Both the position numbers and the translations under genes were made by a program. DNA of 64,000 nucleotides from IMG/VR virus record IMGVR_UViG_3300036770_006893, positions 160,358 through 224,357 of that record. One strand, written 5' to 3'. The notes beneath the pieces are model-generated. The model was not told the origin of the DNA. It saw only the letters and a program-made list of their open reading frames with translations, and ran no database searches. This document shows positions 8,998-18,588 of this stretch, one piece after another (within the stretch, counting starts at the first letter, position 1; each line of letters opens with the position of its first letter).

Positions 8998-11658
8998 TTA
9001 CGGAATTAAATTAGTACAAATCGATGGTAGAGTTATATACTGATATGGGCTGCAATCAACCCAAGAGGCATCTGCACGTTGCCAATCTGCAAAACTTACT
9101 TCGTGCTTAATATTAACGTAGTATAGGCCACAATGTAATTCATCTATGCAATTAATATGATTAATAGCTAAATATAATCGACCAGATGCTGCTGCTTTAA
9201 GAGACAGGTCGGATCCTATAAAGAAAGGCGATCCGTTTTCACCAATTTTGCCTATTAGTGATAGGGAAGGTAAGTGTTGAGCTTCTTGTAGTTTGCATGA
9301 AGTTAAATTGTTTGAGATACCATTAGGACCGGATTGTAGAGGAACGGGTGTTGTAACGGTGGATGGGGACAGAACAGACGATGGGTAGTACACGACTCCA
9401 GTAGCCCCAAACTCTAATTCTTCTTCATCTACTATGTCTATAAAAGTATCTTTCCACGAAGGGGTTCTGGCTCCAACATATATATCAATAGATTCTCTTT
9501 CTATAAGTCTGTATTCAACGTTGCAACAACAGCTTGGGTTTCTAAGCATATCTAGTATAAAAATACCTCCGCCATCAGCTAATTTGTCGGTTAGTGTAGC
9601 ATCACAAATTTCTATACTTGGACATTCACAAATAGCGTCTCTTGGGAAGGGCCCATTTTTAAGACTATCTATTAATGGACATACGGGTTGTTTGTTTGAC
9701 TGTGTGGCATATCGATAATATCTCGAATCAATGGGGTTATAGTACGCAGCCTTATACCACTCATTGTCTGTTGGTAAGAAATATTTTGCGTCGTTGTTTC
9801 GCTTAATTAAATGTATATTCCTTGGCGATACATCAGAAGGTATACTATAGGCGCCATCTTCTGTGTCTCCGAAATTATTGTGTAACCAATTACAGTATCT
9901 TATGGCGGTTAGCCAGGTAACAAAATTAACTGGTTTATGGTCCATATTTTGTTTTAGATAGTATTCATATCTATCTTTTAACGGATTGAATCTTCTGATA
10001 ATTCCTCCGTTATTATCATCTTCCATTTCTTGGTGATATAGTCGTAAGTGATCGGAAGATTGATCGAATGCTACAGAATTTAGAAATGCTATAAACTCAT
10101 AGTTAGTTACTTCATACTTATGGATTTTGTAGCTATATTTTACTCTTCCAAAACCAAGCGAACTAGATAGATTGCAAGGCTCGTTTACATCGGCGAAACA
10201 CTTGATATCTAATGGGTTATTATACGATGCTATTCTAAAACCAAATTGTGAAGACACCTGATCAAAATTATTGGAATACCGAGACGATAAGCTAAACGCA
10301 TCGATTTCCATTAAGCTACTAGCATAGGAACCGCCCCTAAGTACTTTATGTAAGGTATTATCTCCTGTTGATTCTGTCCACTCCCAAACATTTCCATTTT
10401 GATCAAAAGTACCATACCCACTCTGTCTACCATTAGTACCTACTGTTGTAACTATAAAAGCATAGTCTGTGGGGTCGCAGTCTATACATCCGGCAAAATT
10501 AATAGAAGATCTAACATCAGGAGATGGACTTGGAGTAGGAGAAACTATTGGACAGTCCGCCGTTGCGCAACCGCAGTTATCGTTTTTTACCACTACAATT
10601 TTAGAATCTTCTAGATGTGTTTCTAGATCAAGTACTCTAATTGATACAGTGGCGCTATCAGATGATTCTAGTCTAGTTAATAAAAGAGTAATGTCTTGAT
10701 TGCCATCGTATTTGGCAACAAATTCTATTTCACTAGGCACGATTTTTGTAATACTATCATAATCATTGGAAAATATGTTGACTTTGTATCTATGAGAAGA
10801 TATTAATGGTCCTATAGATGCCTGTATAATACAATCATTTAATGCTAAATTCGGAGTAATAGAAGGAGTAGGAGATGGGGCAGGGCAAGAGGTTTCGCTA
10901 GGGGTCGGTGTTGGCGTGGCTGTTCTAGTGGGTGTTGGTGTGGGCGTTCTTGTTGGTGTCTTAGTAGGTGTGGCGGTTTGTGTTGGGGTAACGGTCGGAG
11001 TACTAGTTGATGTGCGTGTGGGTGTGTTGCTAAGAGTTTGGGTTGGTGTGATAGTTATGCTAGATGTTGGGGTCAGGCTAGCAGTAAGGCTTACGGTGAT
11101 AGACGGAGTAGGGGTATGAGTCAAAGAAACCGAAGGGGTCGGAGTTTGTGTTGGAGTGGTGGAGGGTGTCGGGTTTGGGGTAGGCGTTACAGAAGCTGTT
11201 ACGCTAGGTGTCGGATTGGGGGTTGGTGTGCATGTTGGGGTTGGGGTGGCAGATACGCTTATACTTATACTAGGAGTCACCGAGACACTCGGGGTAACAG
11301 TAGGGGTGTTAGTTGGCGTTATCGTTGGTGTGGCGGTTGGTGAGGGTGGTGGAGGAATATCCTCAGAAGTTACTTGACCTATCCAGTTACCTGTGCGGGC
11401 ACTAACTACTAACCACCTACTACCATTCCATGCCCAATGACCATTATCGTTTGGAGAACTATAATTAGTTCTGGAATCATTTATGGGGGACCTAGGATCT
11501 ATAAAAGTTATTCGACGCCCTCTTTCGTACTCTATACTATGAAGCTTATTTATTGTAAGCGTATCAAAACGGATAGATCCAGGTGCGTTAGGCTCATAGA
11601 CTGGCCTATTAAAATATGATGTGACCGACCTAAAGCCTACTCGTCTATAAATTGCCAT
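8998..11658 (-). CDS. Multidomain virion/adhesin-like protein: Pro/Thr stalk, FGE-sulfatase (CLec) domain, LecA-like domain
   Basis: YGTFDQNGNVWEW, RGGSY, GFRIA, KYEVTN.EF..FLN, NEWYKAAYY; SLIGKIGENG.PFFIG...SGRLYLAIN. Confidence 0.75.
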   Translation of the reverse strand: MAIYRRVGFRSVTSYFNRPVYEPNAPGSIRFDTLTINKLHSIEYERGRRITFIDPRSPINDSRTNYSSPNDNGHWAWNGSRWLVVSARTGNWIGQVTSEDIPPPPSPTATPTITPTNTPTVTPSVSVTPSISISVSATPTPTCTPTPNPTPSVTASVTPTPNPTPSTTPTQTPTPSVSLTHTPTPSITVSLTASLTPTSSITITPTQTLSNTPTRTSTSTPTVTPTQTATPTKTPTRTPTPTPTRTATPTPTPSETSCPAPSPTPSITPNLALNDCIIQASIGPLISSHRYKVNIFSNDYDSITKIVPSEIEFVAKYDGNQDITLLLTRLESSDSATVSIRVLDLETHLEDSKIVVVKNDNCGCATADCPIVSPTPSPSPDVRSSINFAGCIDCDPTDYAFIVTTVGTNGRQSGYGTFDQNGNVWEWTESTGDNTLHKVLRGGSYASSLMEIDAFSLSSRYSNNFDQVSSQFGFRIASYNNPLDIKCFADVNEPCNLSSSLGFGRVKYSYKIHKYEVTNYEFIAFLNSVAFDQSSDHLRLYHQEMEDDNNGGIIRRFNPLKDRYEYYLKQNMDHKPVNFVTWLTAIRYCNWLHNNFGDTEDGAYSIPSDVSPRNIHLIKRNNDAKYFLPTDNEWYKAAYYNPIDSRYYRYATQSNKQPVCPLIDSLKNGPFPRDAICECPSIEICDATLTDKLADGGGIFILDMLRNPSCCCNVEYRLIERESIDIYVGARTPSWKDTFIDIVDEEELEFGATGVVYYPSSVLSPSTVTTPVPLQSGPNGISNNLTSCKLQEAQHLPSLSLIGKIGENGSPFFIGSDLSLKAAASGRLYLAINHINCIDELHCGLYYVNIKHEVSFADWQRADASWVDCSPYQYITLPSICTNLIP
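10860..11350 (-). repeat. Pro/Thr mucin-like stalk (about 160 aa)
   Basis: PSPTATPTITPTNTPTVTPS...PTRTATPTPTPS. Confidence 0.9.
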
Positions 11659-11659
11659 T

Positions 11660-11965
11660 TTATCTTTCTATTCTACTTTCTAGTGCCTCTAGCGTATGGC
11701 CTAAAGTAGCTATTTGTAATTTAAGCTCATTCATAACTTCTGTATTTCTTTGTAGAGCAGCAGCAAATGCTGCTTGGGTTTCTTTATTAACGGCTAGTCT
11801 TTCCATTATAAACTGACGATCTTGAACATATGGTGACTTTGTTTCTATCATATCGCATACTTCGCTTTTAGTAGCCATATTACGACCTATAGTAAACCAA
11901 AATCCTAACATAGTTAATATAATACCTATACTTGTTGTTGCAACGTATTGCCATACTTCTGTCAT
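11660..11965 (-). CDS. Single-TM coiled-coil protein (possible holin-like)
   Basis: N-terminal hydrophobic helix (IGIILTMLGFWFTI) followed by a heptad-rich tail. Confidence 0.4.
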   Translation of the reverse strand: MTEVWQYVATTSIGIILTMLGFWFTIGRNMATKSEVCDMIETKSPYVQDRQFIMERLAVNKETQAAFAAALQRNTEVMNELKLQIATLGHTLEALESRIER

Positions 11966-11985
11966 TTTATTTAACCTCCATCAAT

Positions 11986-12020
11986 AAAAAAGCCAATGAT
12001 ACGAATAGCATCACTGGCTT
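11986..12020 (-). terminator. Rho-independent terminator
   Basis: AAGCCAGTGATGC-TATTC-GTATCATTGGCTT followed by a T-run on the minus strand. Confidence 0.75.
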
Positions 12021-12056
12021 AAGGTAATAAGTATTTAACAACCTATTAAATATATA

Positions 12057-12602
12057 TCAATTGGTTTTGCTAGAATAGCTTGTAACAACTGGATAGTTTT
12101 TATTTCCAAGAGTATATGTTATAACACCAGGGGATTGTCTATTCGTTCTTGCGGCATTGTCTTGGCCAAAAGAATCCACAGAAGTTTGTGGCGCTACTGT
12201 CCATTCATGATCAAACTCATTCCAATAGCCAGCTCTAAAAGCTGTGGCGTATTTTGTTGTGGTAATGCTTTCAATTTTTAATGGCGAAGAAATTAATCCT
12301 GGCATACCAGCACCGCTTAGTAAGTAGTCGTTAGTTAGTCCACCAGCTAAAAACACCGTTATTCTTTTGGCTATTGGTTCGTTGTTGTCGTGTGGGAAAT
12401 TACCTAATATGGTATTTTTTGTGACATCTGATGTTTCGACAACTCTTGATCCAATGCTTTCAGGCACAAAACCATCTGGAACTGAAGCTAATAGTCTTGT
12501 TGCCGTAATGCGATGGGTTGCGCCGCCATTATTATTAATTTTGTTAACTGACAGAATTGCCATATTAATCTCCATAACTTTTATGTTAATTGAGTAAACC
12601 AT
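12057..12602 (-). CDS. Hypothetical protein (possibly virion)
   Basis: ORF followed by a terminator; true start may be an internal Met. Confidence 0.5.
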   Translation of the reverse strand: MVYSINIKVMEINMAILSVNKINNNGGATHRITATRLLASVPDGFVPESIGSRVVETSDVTKNTILGNFPHDNNEPIAKRITVFLAGGLTNDYLLSGAGMPGLISSPLKIESITTTKYATAFRAGYWNEFDHEWTVAPQTSVDSFGQDNAARTNRQSPGVITYTLGNKNYPVVTSYSSKTN

Positions 12603-12662
12603 CTCATATATGATACCCCAAAAAGACGAAATAACGCAAATTTTGTTTACTAGAGATTAGGC

Positions 12663-13310
12663 TTATATAAGGGTTAATGCATTTAAATTATTTATTCTAA
12701 AACCGTAGATATTTGAATGCAATATATTATTTACATGTTGTTGGCGGTAAATATTGCCATTACATATGGTTTTTATATTGGTTTTTGTTTGTAAAAATTT
12801 GCAAGCAATAATATTGTCATTTATATCGTCCAGCATCATTCCAGATGATGGTAAAATAGTATCAATATTTAGGTCTTTTAAAATTTGGCAAACTTTAGCT
12901 AGTACATCATGTCCATATCTTCTATATTCTAAGACATATCTGAGCTGAACATTATTTTTTGAACATATATCAAGATTTGTTTTTATATCTTCTCTTAATT
13001 TATCATATTTACGATTAGTTATTGCCTTAGTGGGTATCATAAGGTCTATAAAAGAAATTTTATTGGATTTAGCTAGATGCTCAACCGTATAATTTCTTGT
13101 TTTTTGGTCAGAGAGACCGTAGGGAAAATCTATAGGGCAGCCGAATTTAATGTCGCTATCTACAGAAAATAGTTCAGATCTAATATAGTTTATAGAGTAT
13201 GGTAGTAAGAATATATTTTGAAGACCATGCTTAATAGCTGTTTCGACATTAAATGTCGTTTCTGTCTCATTTATATCATAGTCATAGCAACAATATTCTA
13301 TATGTGTCAT
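12663..13310 (-). CDS. DeoC (deoxyribose-phosphate aldolase)-like TIM barrel, catalytic lysines apparently lost
   Basis: IDFPYG, IDLMI, VLE motifs match DeoC; the FVKTSTG motif reads TILPSSG. Confidence 0.6.
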   Translation of the reverse strand: MTHIEYCCYDYDINETETTFNVETAIKHGLQNIFLLPYSINYIRSELFSVDSDIKFGCPIDFPYGLSDQKTRNYTVEHLAKSNKISFIDLMIPTKAITNRKYDKLREDIKTNLDICSKNNVQLRYVLEYRRYGHDVLAKVCQILKDLNIDTILPSSGMMLDDINDNIIACKFLQTKTNIKTICNGNIYRQQHVNNILHSNIYGFRINNLNALTLI

Positions 13311-14002
13311 ATTTTTTTACAGTAAGATTTGATGTAGTCTATATTTGGAAATTTTTTAGTACCAAGTACCCCATCAGCAAATCCGTAATTAACAGCTTCT
13401 TCTGCTGTTAGTATCCAATCTCTTTTTGTTGCCAATTGTGTAACGATATGTTTTTTTGCCATCATCTTTTTCCAATTTTTTTCTTTGCAAATCCTACTAT
13501 TCATACACCTTTCGGTAAAGATGTCGATCATCTTATCGCTCTCTTTTTCGCTCCACTGAACCATGCTAAGTGCCGCTTTGTGCTCGTTGTCAACACTTAT
13601 AGAACCATAATGGATTAAGAAGTTGGTGTTTGGAGTAAGTATCCTCAGGTCTGCTGCTTGTAGTAAAACACTACTACTTGATTCGACTTTTGCGTACGCT
13701 AGGATAGCTACCCTTGCTTTTGAATATTTTATTGCGTCAAAAATACCCAAACAATCTTGCCAATCTCCTCCAGGCAAGTGCATATGAACTAGTATCGGTT
13801 CTAGAGATAATAAATTAAGGTATCGTAAATTTTTTTCAAATATAACCGCGCTCTTGTAGTTTACTCCACCCTCCTCGTCACCGCCGTCTATAGAAGAGTG
13901 AAGGTAAATTTCTCTGTTTGGTATGTCTATATTATAAGAGTGAATATATCCTATATCATATTCTATGTCGGAATATTTTTTATTTTTATTCATCATCATC
14001 AT
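13307..14002 (-). CDS. clpP: ClpP-family serine protease
   Basis: REIYL, PGG, ESSSS (Ser), LIH (His), RDW.LTAEEA..YGFAD (Asp). Confidence 0.85.
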   Translation of the reverse strand: MMMMNKNKKYSDIEYDIGYIHSYNIDIPNREIYLHSSIDGGDEEGGVNYKSAVIFEKNLRYLNLLSLEPILVHMHLPGGDWQDCLGIFDAIKYSKARVAILAYAKVESSSSVLLQAADLRILTPNTNFLIHYGSISVDNEHKAALSMVQWSEKESDKMIDIFTERCMNSRICKEKNWKKMMAKKHIVTQLATKRDWILTAEEAVNYGFADGVLGTKKFPNIDYIKSYCKKI

Positions 14003-14450
14003 TTTTATTTTCTAGAAAATTGTATATATTATTTTGAATAAGTAACATCGTGTCAGCATCATTGAATGCTTTTCCTATTGCTATTCTAAAGCGATATCTA
14101 GTAAAAATATCCAAGCACTCTACACCGTCTGTATTTTCTATGAGATCACATATTTTTGATGTTATATTAAAATTGGTATGACCCATCCAAAAATTAAAAA
14201 TTTTACCACTGGCAGTATTCTCGTTTATTGGTATGATTCCCATGGGCGTAGCTATAACTTTGATACCCTTAACAATTTTTGGTATATAGCTATTATTTTG
14301 TGGTGGCCATTCATAATCCTCACCAGGATACTCATCCTCTGGGTCAACATCAGATTGGTTGTCGTTTGTTTCGCGATAAATATCGTCGTCGATATCTTCG
14401 CCAAATGGATCAAACCATTTTTGCCATATAATAGTATTGTTTTGTTTCAT
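13986..14450 (-). CDS. Hypothetical protein
   Basis: ORF in a tightly packed operon. Confidence 0.55.
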   Translation of the reverse strand: MKQNNTIIWQKWFDPFGEDIDDDIYRETNDNQSDVDPEDEYPGEDYEWPPQNNSYIPKIVKGIKVIATPMGIIPINENTASGKIFNFWMGHTNFNITSKICDLIENTDGVECLDIFTRYRFRIAIGKAFNDADTMLLIQNNIYNFLENKNDDDE

Positions 14451-14492
14451 ACTATGTATGATAATCGCTGGCGACCGTGGATCAATACGTAA

Positions 14493-14945
14493 TTATAGTC
14501 TAAAGACATTTAGTGGCCTAACCACTGGTAAATTTTTTGAAATATTTTTTGTTAAATCTTTTTCTAATTCATTTTCTAGTATTGGAAAAAAATATAGCAC
14601 ATTTTGTAAGAATAGTTTTTTATTTAGGTCTTTGGTGTCTTTCATCGTTTTTTCCACTAGATTTATGATTTGATCATGAACTAATCCGTTTGTTATATAG
14701 ACCAAAAAATTTGCATAGTTTTCTGCTTGATCCAGTAAAGCGTTTTGATCATTGTTGGTGTCAGAAATATCTGGAGTATTTACTAGCATTGAAATATAAT
14801 TATCTTCATATAACCCAAATATTACAGAGCCATTATCTGTGATATTTTTTTTTGTAGTGTTTTCAATATCGGGTTCGATTTTTTGAGAACTGTTTATTTT
14901 AAGCAATGTTAAAAACTTTTCGTATATTTTTAATAATATTTTCAT
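14493..14945 (-). CDS. Hypothetical protein
   Basis: ORF in operon. Confidence 0.5.
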   Translation of the reverse strand: MKILLKIYEKFLTLLKINSSQKIEPDIENTTKKNITDNGSVIFGLYEDNYISMLVNTPDISDTNNDQNALLDQAENYANFLVYITNGLVHDQIINLVEKTMKDTKDLNKKLFLQNVLYFFPILENELEKDLTKNISKNLPVVRPLNVFRL

Positions 14946-15255
14946 TATTTGTTTTATTTAGAGGAATAAAATAACCACTTGTATTAGTAACGCCAAATGG
15001 AACAATACAAAAATATGAGAGCATTAGTTTATTTTCATAATTGTCAATATCTAATGTAGTAAATTGATACATATCGCAAACTACGTCATTAAAAAATTTA
15101 GAGAACAGTTTTTTGATATTAAGCTCCATATCTTCATTAGTTGATATCGCTGCTGATGGTGGTGTTATCACATCTTCTGAAACAGACAATATCTCATAGA
15201 GCAGATTGGTCTTATTTCTTGTAAAAACATAAATACATACATTAGCTTCTATCAT
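14899..15255 (-). CDS. Hypothetical protein (possibly degenerate Nudix fold)
   Basis: Beta-strand/P-xx/E-helix pattern, but no intact Nudix box. Confidence 0.35.
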   Translation of the reverse strand: MIEANVCIYVFTRNKTNLLYEILSVSEDVITPPSAAISTNEDMELNIKKLFSKFFNDVVCDMYQFTTLDIDNYENKLMLSYFCIVPFGVTNTSGYFIPLNKTNNENIIKNIRKVFNIA

Positions 15256-15826
15256 AGGATTTAATCAGCTCCAGTCCCCTTTTGATATTTTGTCTAACAG
15301 CTTCTCTAGACACATTGAAAACCTTACCAATTTCGGATAGCGTTTTGTCTTCGAAATAATACATATATATTTGTTTTCTTTGTTTTTCGGATATGATCGA
15401 GCTATTCAAGATAGAATCTAGAGCAAAACTTAAGTCTTCTGCGCTTTCGTTCTGAATAGCTATTTCTAATGGATCTTTTTGTTTTTTATCGACAATTAAA
15501 TGAGCATGGGTATTATCGTCATTAATATAATTATCTATGCTTAGGCATTTTTGCTTTTTATATTTTGATGTAATGTATGTTTGTATGGCCCATATAGCAC
15601 ATTGATTTCTGTATGAGTACAGCGTTTTCTGTTTACCAGAAGCACCGACCCTATCAGGATCAAACCTCCAGTCGGCATACATAATAGCCGTAGCAACATC
15701 CGATATAGCCTCTTCGCTTTTAAGCATCTCAGTAGACAAACCGTTATAAAATTTTGGTGCAAATTTTGCAATAGTTTTTTTAGCTAATGAAATATATGTG
15801 GATAGAGAATCTTTTACTTCTGGCAT
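15242..15826 (-). CDS. Phage sigma-70-family RNA polymerase sigma factor
   Basis: Region 2-like AD.RFDP...SY...AIWAI; region 4 HTH KTLSEIGKVFNVSREAVRQ. Confidence 0.85.
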   Translation of the reverse strand: MPEVKDSLSTYISLAKKTIAKFAPKFYNGLSTEMLKSEEAISDVATAIMYADWRFDPDRVGASGKQKTLYSYRNQCAIWAIQTYITSKYKKQKCLSIDNYINDDNTHAHLIVDKKQKDPLEIAIQNESAEDLSFALDSILNSSIISEKQRKQIYMYYFEDKTLSEIGKVFNVSREAVRQNIKRGLELIKSYDRS

Positions 15827-15872
15827 TGTTAATTTAATCCTTATGTTGTGTCCTAATAAATTTATTGATACT

Positions 15873-16601
15873 TTACTTTGTCAATTTTTTCCACTGTTCT
15901 GGATCTGGCCTATCTTTATCCCCAGGTTTAGCTGGCTTATAATTTTTTCCTTCTCGTTCTTTTTTCTTACGAATATTTTCCCATAGGCCAGGAAGATTTT
16001 TTGCTGCCTCTGCTCCTTCTGTATCGGTTTCAGTTTCGCCGAACATTAGGAAATTATGAATTGTTAGCATATAGTCTTCTGTTACGGCGATTTTACCTTG
16101 TAGCCAGCTCTCTGTCAATCTTTCTTTTACGGAAGGGTTGGATAGTGCATCTACAATCGCTTGAGCGTGTTGAGCAATAGACTGTATGGAACCCATACTC
16201 ATTTGATAAAAGTCGTACTTGTATTCCATAAGTTCCATTTCTGGGCTTTCATCTTCCATGTCTTCTACTTGTGTAAAATCGCCATCTTCTGCTTTTGCTG
16301 TTTTAATACCAAGCTTATCTTTGGTCGCTTTCGGTAAAGCAGCAACAAATTCTGGACCTTTGCGCTTAGCCATGTTGTATAATTTTTTAATAAATACATC
16401 GTAACTCATTTGTCCCTTCATGCGACCAAAATTACTGATTGCATCAGGAACATCAGATGGAGAAACAATTGGGAAAGAACGAGTTTCGGGAAATAAAAAG
16501 TCACTATCTTTAAGATCACTTCTTTTTTTACCTTTATACGTTTTTTGTGCAGCTTCTATGGAGTCCTGAATATCAGATAGTATTTCAGTATATCTTTTCA
16601 T
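15873..16601 (-). CDS. Conserved large-phage hypothetical protein
   Basis: Modules DSDFLFPETRSFPI, LTESWLQGKI, GLWENIRKK...KPGDKDRP. Confidence 0.55.
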   Translation of the reverse strand: MKRYTEILSDIQDSIEAAQKTYKGKKRSDLKDSDFLFPETRSFPIVSPSDVPDAISNFGRMKGQMSYDVFIKKLYNMAKRKGPEFVAALPKATKDKLGIKTAKAEDGDFTQVEDMEDESPEMELMEYKYDFYQMSMGSIQSIAQHAQAIVDALSNPSVKERLTESWLQGKIAVTEDYMLTIHNFLMFGETETDTEGAEAAKNLPGLWENIRKKKEREGKNYKPAKPGDKDRPDPEQWKKLTK

Positions 16602-17250
16602 TGTAATATTTCCTTAGCTTTGGTTGTAAATGATTAAATAATGTTTTACTAAATATTAAAGAAGCTTTATTATCTGTGGGATAATGAACGCCTTGAATAA
16701 CTCTTGCTCTAGCCGTTTCTAATACAATATGGTCTAATTCTTTAGTATTAATCTGTTGAAATAGATGTTTAAGTATATTAGCAACTAAACTGCTATACAC
16801 CGTATGTCCAGAAGGATATGCTGCTGTATGATGAGTATCTGTTAATATAATGTCAATATCTACACCATAAATATCGGCCAATTGATTGGGTCTTGCTCTA
16901 TTCCAATAGCTTTTAGTATTTAGCAAAACAGGCTTAACTATGTCATAGAATAGGTCTATATAGTTTTGTGGATAGTTTAGCTTATATTTTTTAAGAAGTA
17001 AAATAAAGGGCTTGTCTAGGTCTTTATCAACACTATAAACTAAAGATACATCTTCTTTTGATCTGTTTTTTGTCGATTTAGAGATTAATATCAGCTCATC
17101 TCTGGTTTTATCGCTAGTGTTTTGTGGGGGAGGGTCTAGAATTTTTTTCCAGTCAAAATCAATAAGATTTGACATGGGTTTTTCTAGATATATAGTATCA
17201 TATCCAATAGAATTAATTTTATCTTTGGATAAAAAATATGGTAAATTCAT
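16585..17250 (-). CDS. PAP2 / acid phosphatase-haloperoxidase family
   Basis: K..WNR.RP, YPSGH, AR...GVHYPTD motifs. Confidence 0.85.
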   Translation of the reverse strand: MNLPYFLSKDKINSIGYDTIYLEKPMSNLIDFDWKKILDPPPQNTSDKTRDELILISKSTKNRSKEDVSLVYSVDKDLDKPFILLLKKYKLNYPQNYIDLFYDIVKPVLLNTKSYWNRARPNQLADIYGVDIDIILTDTHHTAAYPSGHTVYSSLVANILKHLFQQINTKELDHIVLETARARVIQGVHYPTDNKASLIFSKTLFNHLQPKLRKYYNEKIY

Positions 17251-17262
17251 ATTATTGCTTTT

Positions 17263-17981
17263 TTATTTTAATAATAGTCTATATACTATTGCCTTACTTT
17301 GATTAATTGTTAGTCCTGACTTTAAGGAATATTCTTTAATAATGTCTTGTTTTGATCTAGTATTTTTATTTTTGATCGACTGAAATATTTCTAGTTTTTT
17401 CTTTTTGGTTAAGCCTATATATTCTGGCTTATATAATCTAAGCCAATCTTTAAATTTTGATCTTGATATTTTATGTCTATCAGCAAAAGATTGTTGAGAT
17501 TCTAGTGGATTGGTGGCCCAAATTTCTATTAGATTTATTATTTCTGAATATGGTTTAGTTAAATTCCTATCCCTATTAGCTTTTCTAATGTTTTGATTTC
17601 TGTTAATATTTTTGAGAGCATTAGAGATTCTTTGTTTAGTTTGTTCGGTTTTTGACTTATGACACAAAGAAAGATCCTGTGCCGAAGATAAAACATTAGT
17701 TAATAATCCTCCATCAGATTTTTTACCAAACCATCTTATTAAGAATTCTTCTCTATCTTTTAGATCTTCTATATCATCAGTCTTCCATCATATTCTTAAT
17801 TCAAAATCATATTTAGCTATTATATTTAATTTTTGTGGATTAGATTTTTCTCGTCTATGATTTTTTCTCTGTGATAAAGATTTTTATCGCCACTAGCTAT
17901 TCCTATATAAAATAAATGCTCAGACAAGCTATTAGTTTTATAGGTTATATTTTTTTTATATAATCCATAAACATAGTTCAT
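17263..17981 (-). pseudogene. Decayed GIY-YIG (LEM-3-like) homing endonuclease
   Basis: ATG 17981 gives MNYVYGLY...FYIGIA...R; a 1-nt frameshift in the A6 run at 17861-17866 and an in-frame TGA at 17788-17790, then E.FLI.WFG....G.LTN joins ORF 17263..17667. Confidence 0.8.
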
Positions 17982-18034
17982 TTTGGTGATTCTCCAAAAC
18001 ATTATACGCCTAATCGCTAGGAGATCACCAAAAA
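17981..18034 (-). promoter_or_regulatory. RBS-sequestering hairpin with an internal promoter-like GGCGTATAAT in its loop
   Basis: TTTTGGTGATCTCC ... GGAGAATCACCAAAA(TG); the 3' arm contains the SD GGAGA and abuts the ATG. Confidence 0.7.
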
Positions 18035-18038
18035 TAAC

Positions 18039-18578
18039 TTAGTCCTCTACAGGAGAACTTGCTCTCCATTGACGACAACTCCAATATCTGGCTTTCCATT
18101 TGGGGCCGGGATTATCACAATTATGTCTTGCTCTAAAGCTTTTACGTCTAGCAGGATTGTCTCTTTTTATATCCATATCGGGGCTGCCAAAATTAACTTT
18201 GACAACATTGCCTTTTTCATTTTTTACATACACACTAAATTTTTTAGGACCATCAGGCGTTCTGAAAGGTTTATTTAAAGTTACTTTTCTGCCTTGATAT
18301 TCCGATGCAGATACGATGTTTCCTTCTTCATCATAAATTTGATTTATTTCTATGTCCCATATAAATTCGTCCCACTCATCATCCCATGAGCAATTTTTTG
18401 CGAACAGCTGATCATGTACGCGCTCTATAATTGAAGCTTTATTATCTGATGCTTGACTAAGGCATACTGCGATTCTTTGTTGTGAGTTTGGGTACTCTTT
18501 TTTCATAACATCGCTGCTCATGCAACGACTTACATATTTTTGTTTGTCTTCGCTAGGTTTTTTTTCTGGTATTGGCAT
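18039..18578 (-). CDS. Conserved phage hypothetical protein
   Basis: Start MPIPEKK after AAGGAG; GRKVTLNKP...KKF.VYVK...VNFG...RRKSFRARHNC...YWSC. Confidence 0.65.
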   Translation of the reverse strand: MPIPEKKPSEDKQKYVSRCMSSDVMKKEYPNSQQRIAVCLSQASDNKASIIERVHDQLFAKNCSWDDEWDEFIWDIEINQIYDEEGNIVSASEYQGRKVTLNKPFRTPDGPKKFSVYVKNEKGNVVKVNFGSPDMDIKRDNPARRKSFRARHNCDNPGPKWKARYWSCRQWRASSPVED

Positions 18579-18588
18579 AGTGGTCTCC

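Noticed and set aside
2872-11377. Plus-strand Val/Gly-rich ORFs (2872..3231, 5998..6516, 10916..11377; also 31676..31933)
   Set aside because: These are antisense shadows of the Pro/Thr repeat codons.
1-11658. Diversity-generating retroelement (Mtd_N and CLec-fold proteins present)
   Set aside because: No reverse transcriptase, Avd or TR/VR near-duplicate was seen in the window, and the RGG-GFR segments are internal because of the permutation.
17788-17790. In-frame TGA as evidence of stop-codon reassignment
   Set aside because: The same gene also has a frameshift, and TGA, TAG and TAA all end well-conserved genes elsewhere without fragmentation.
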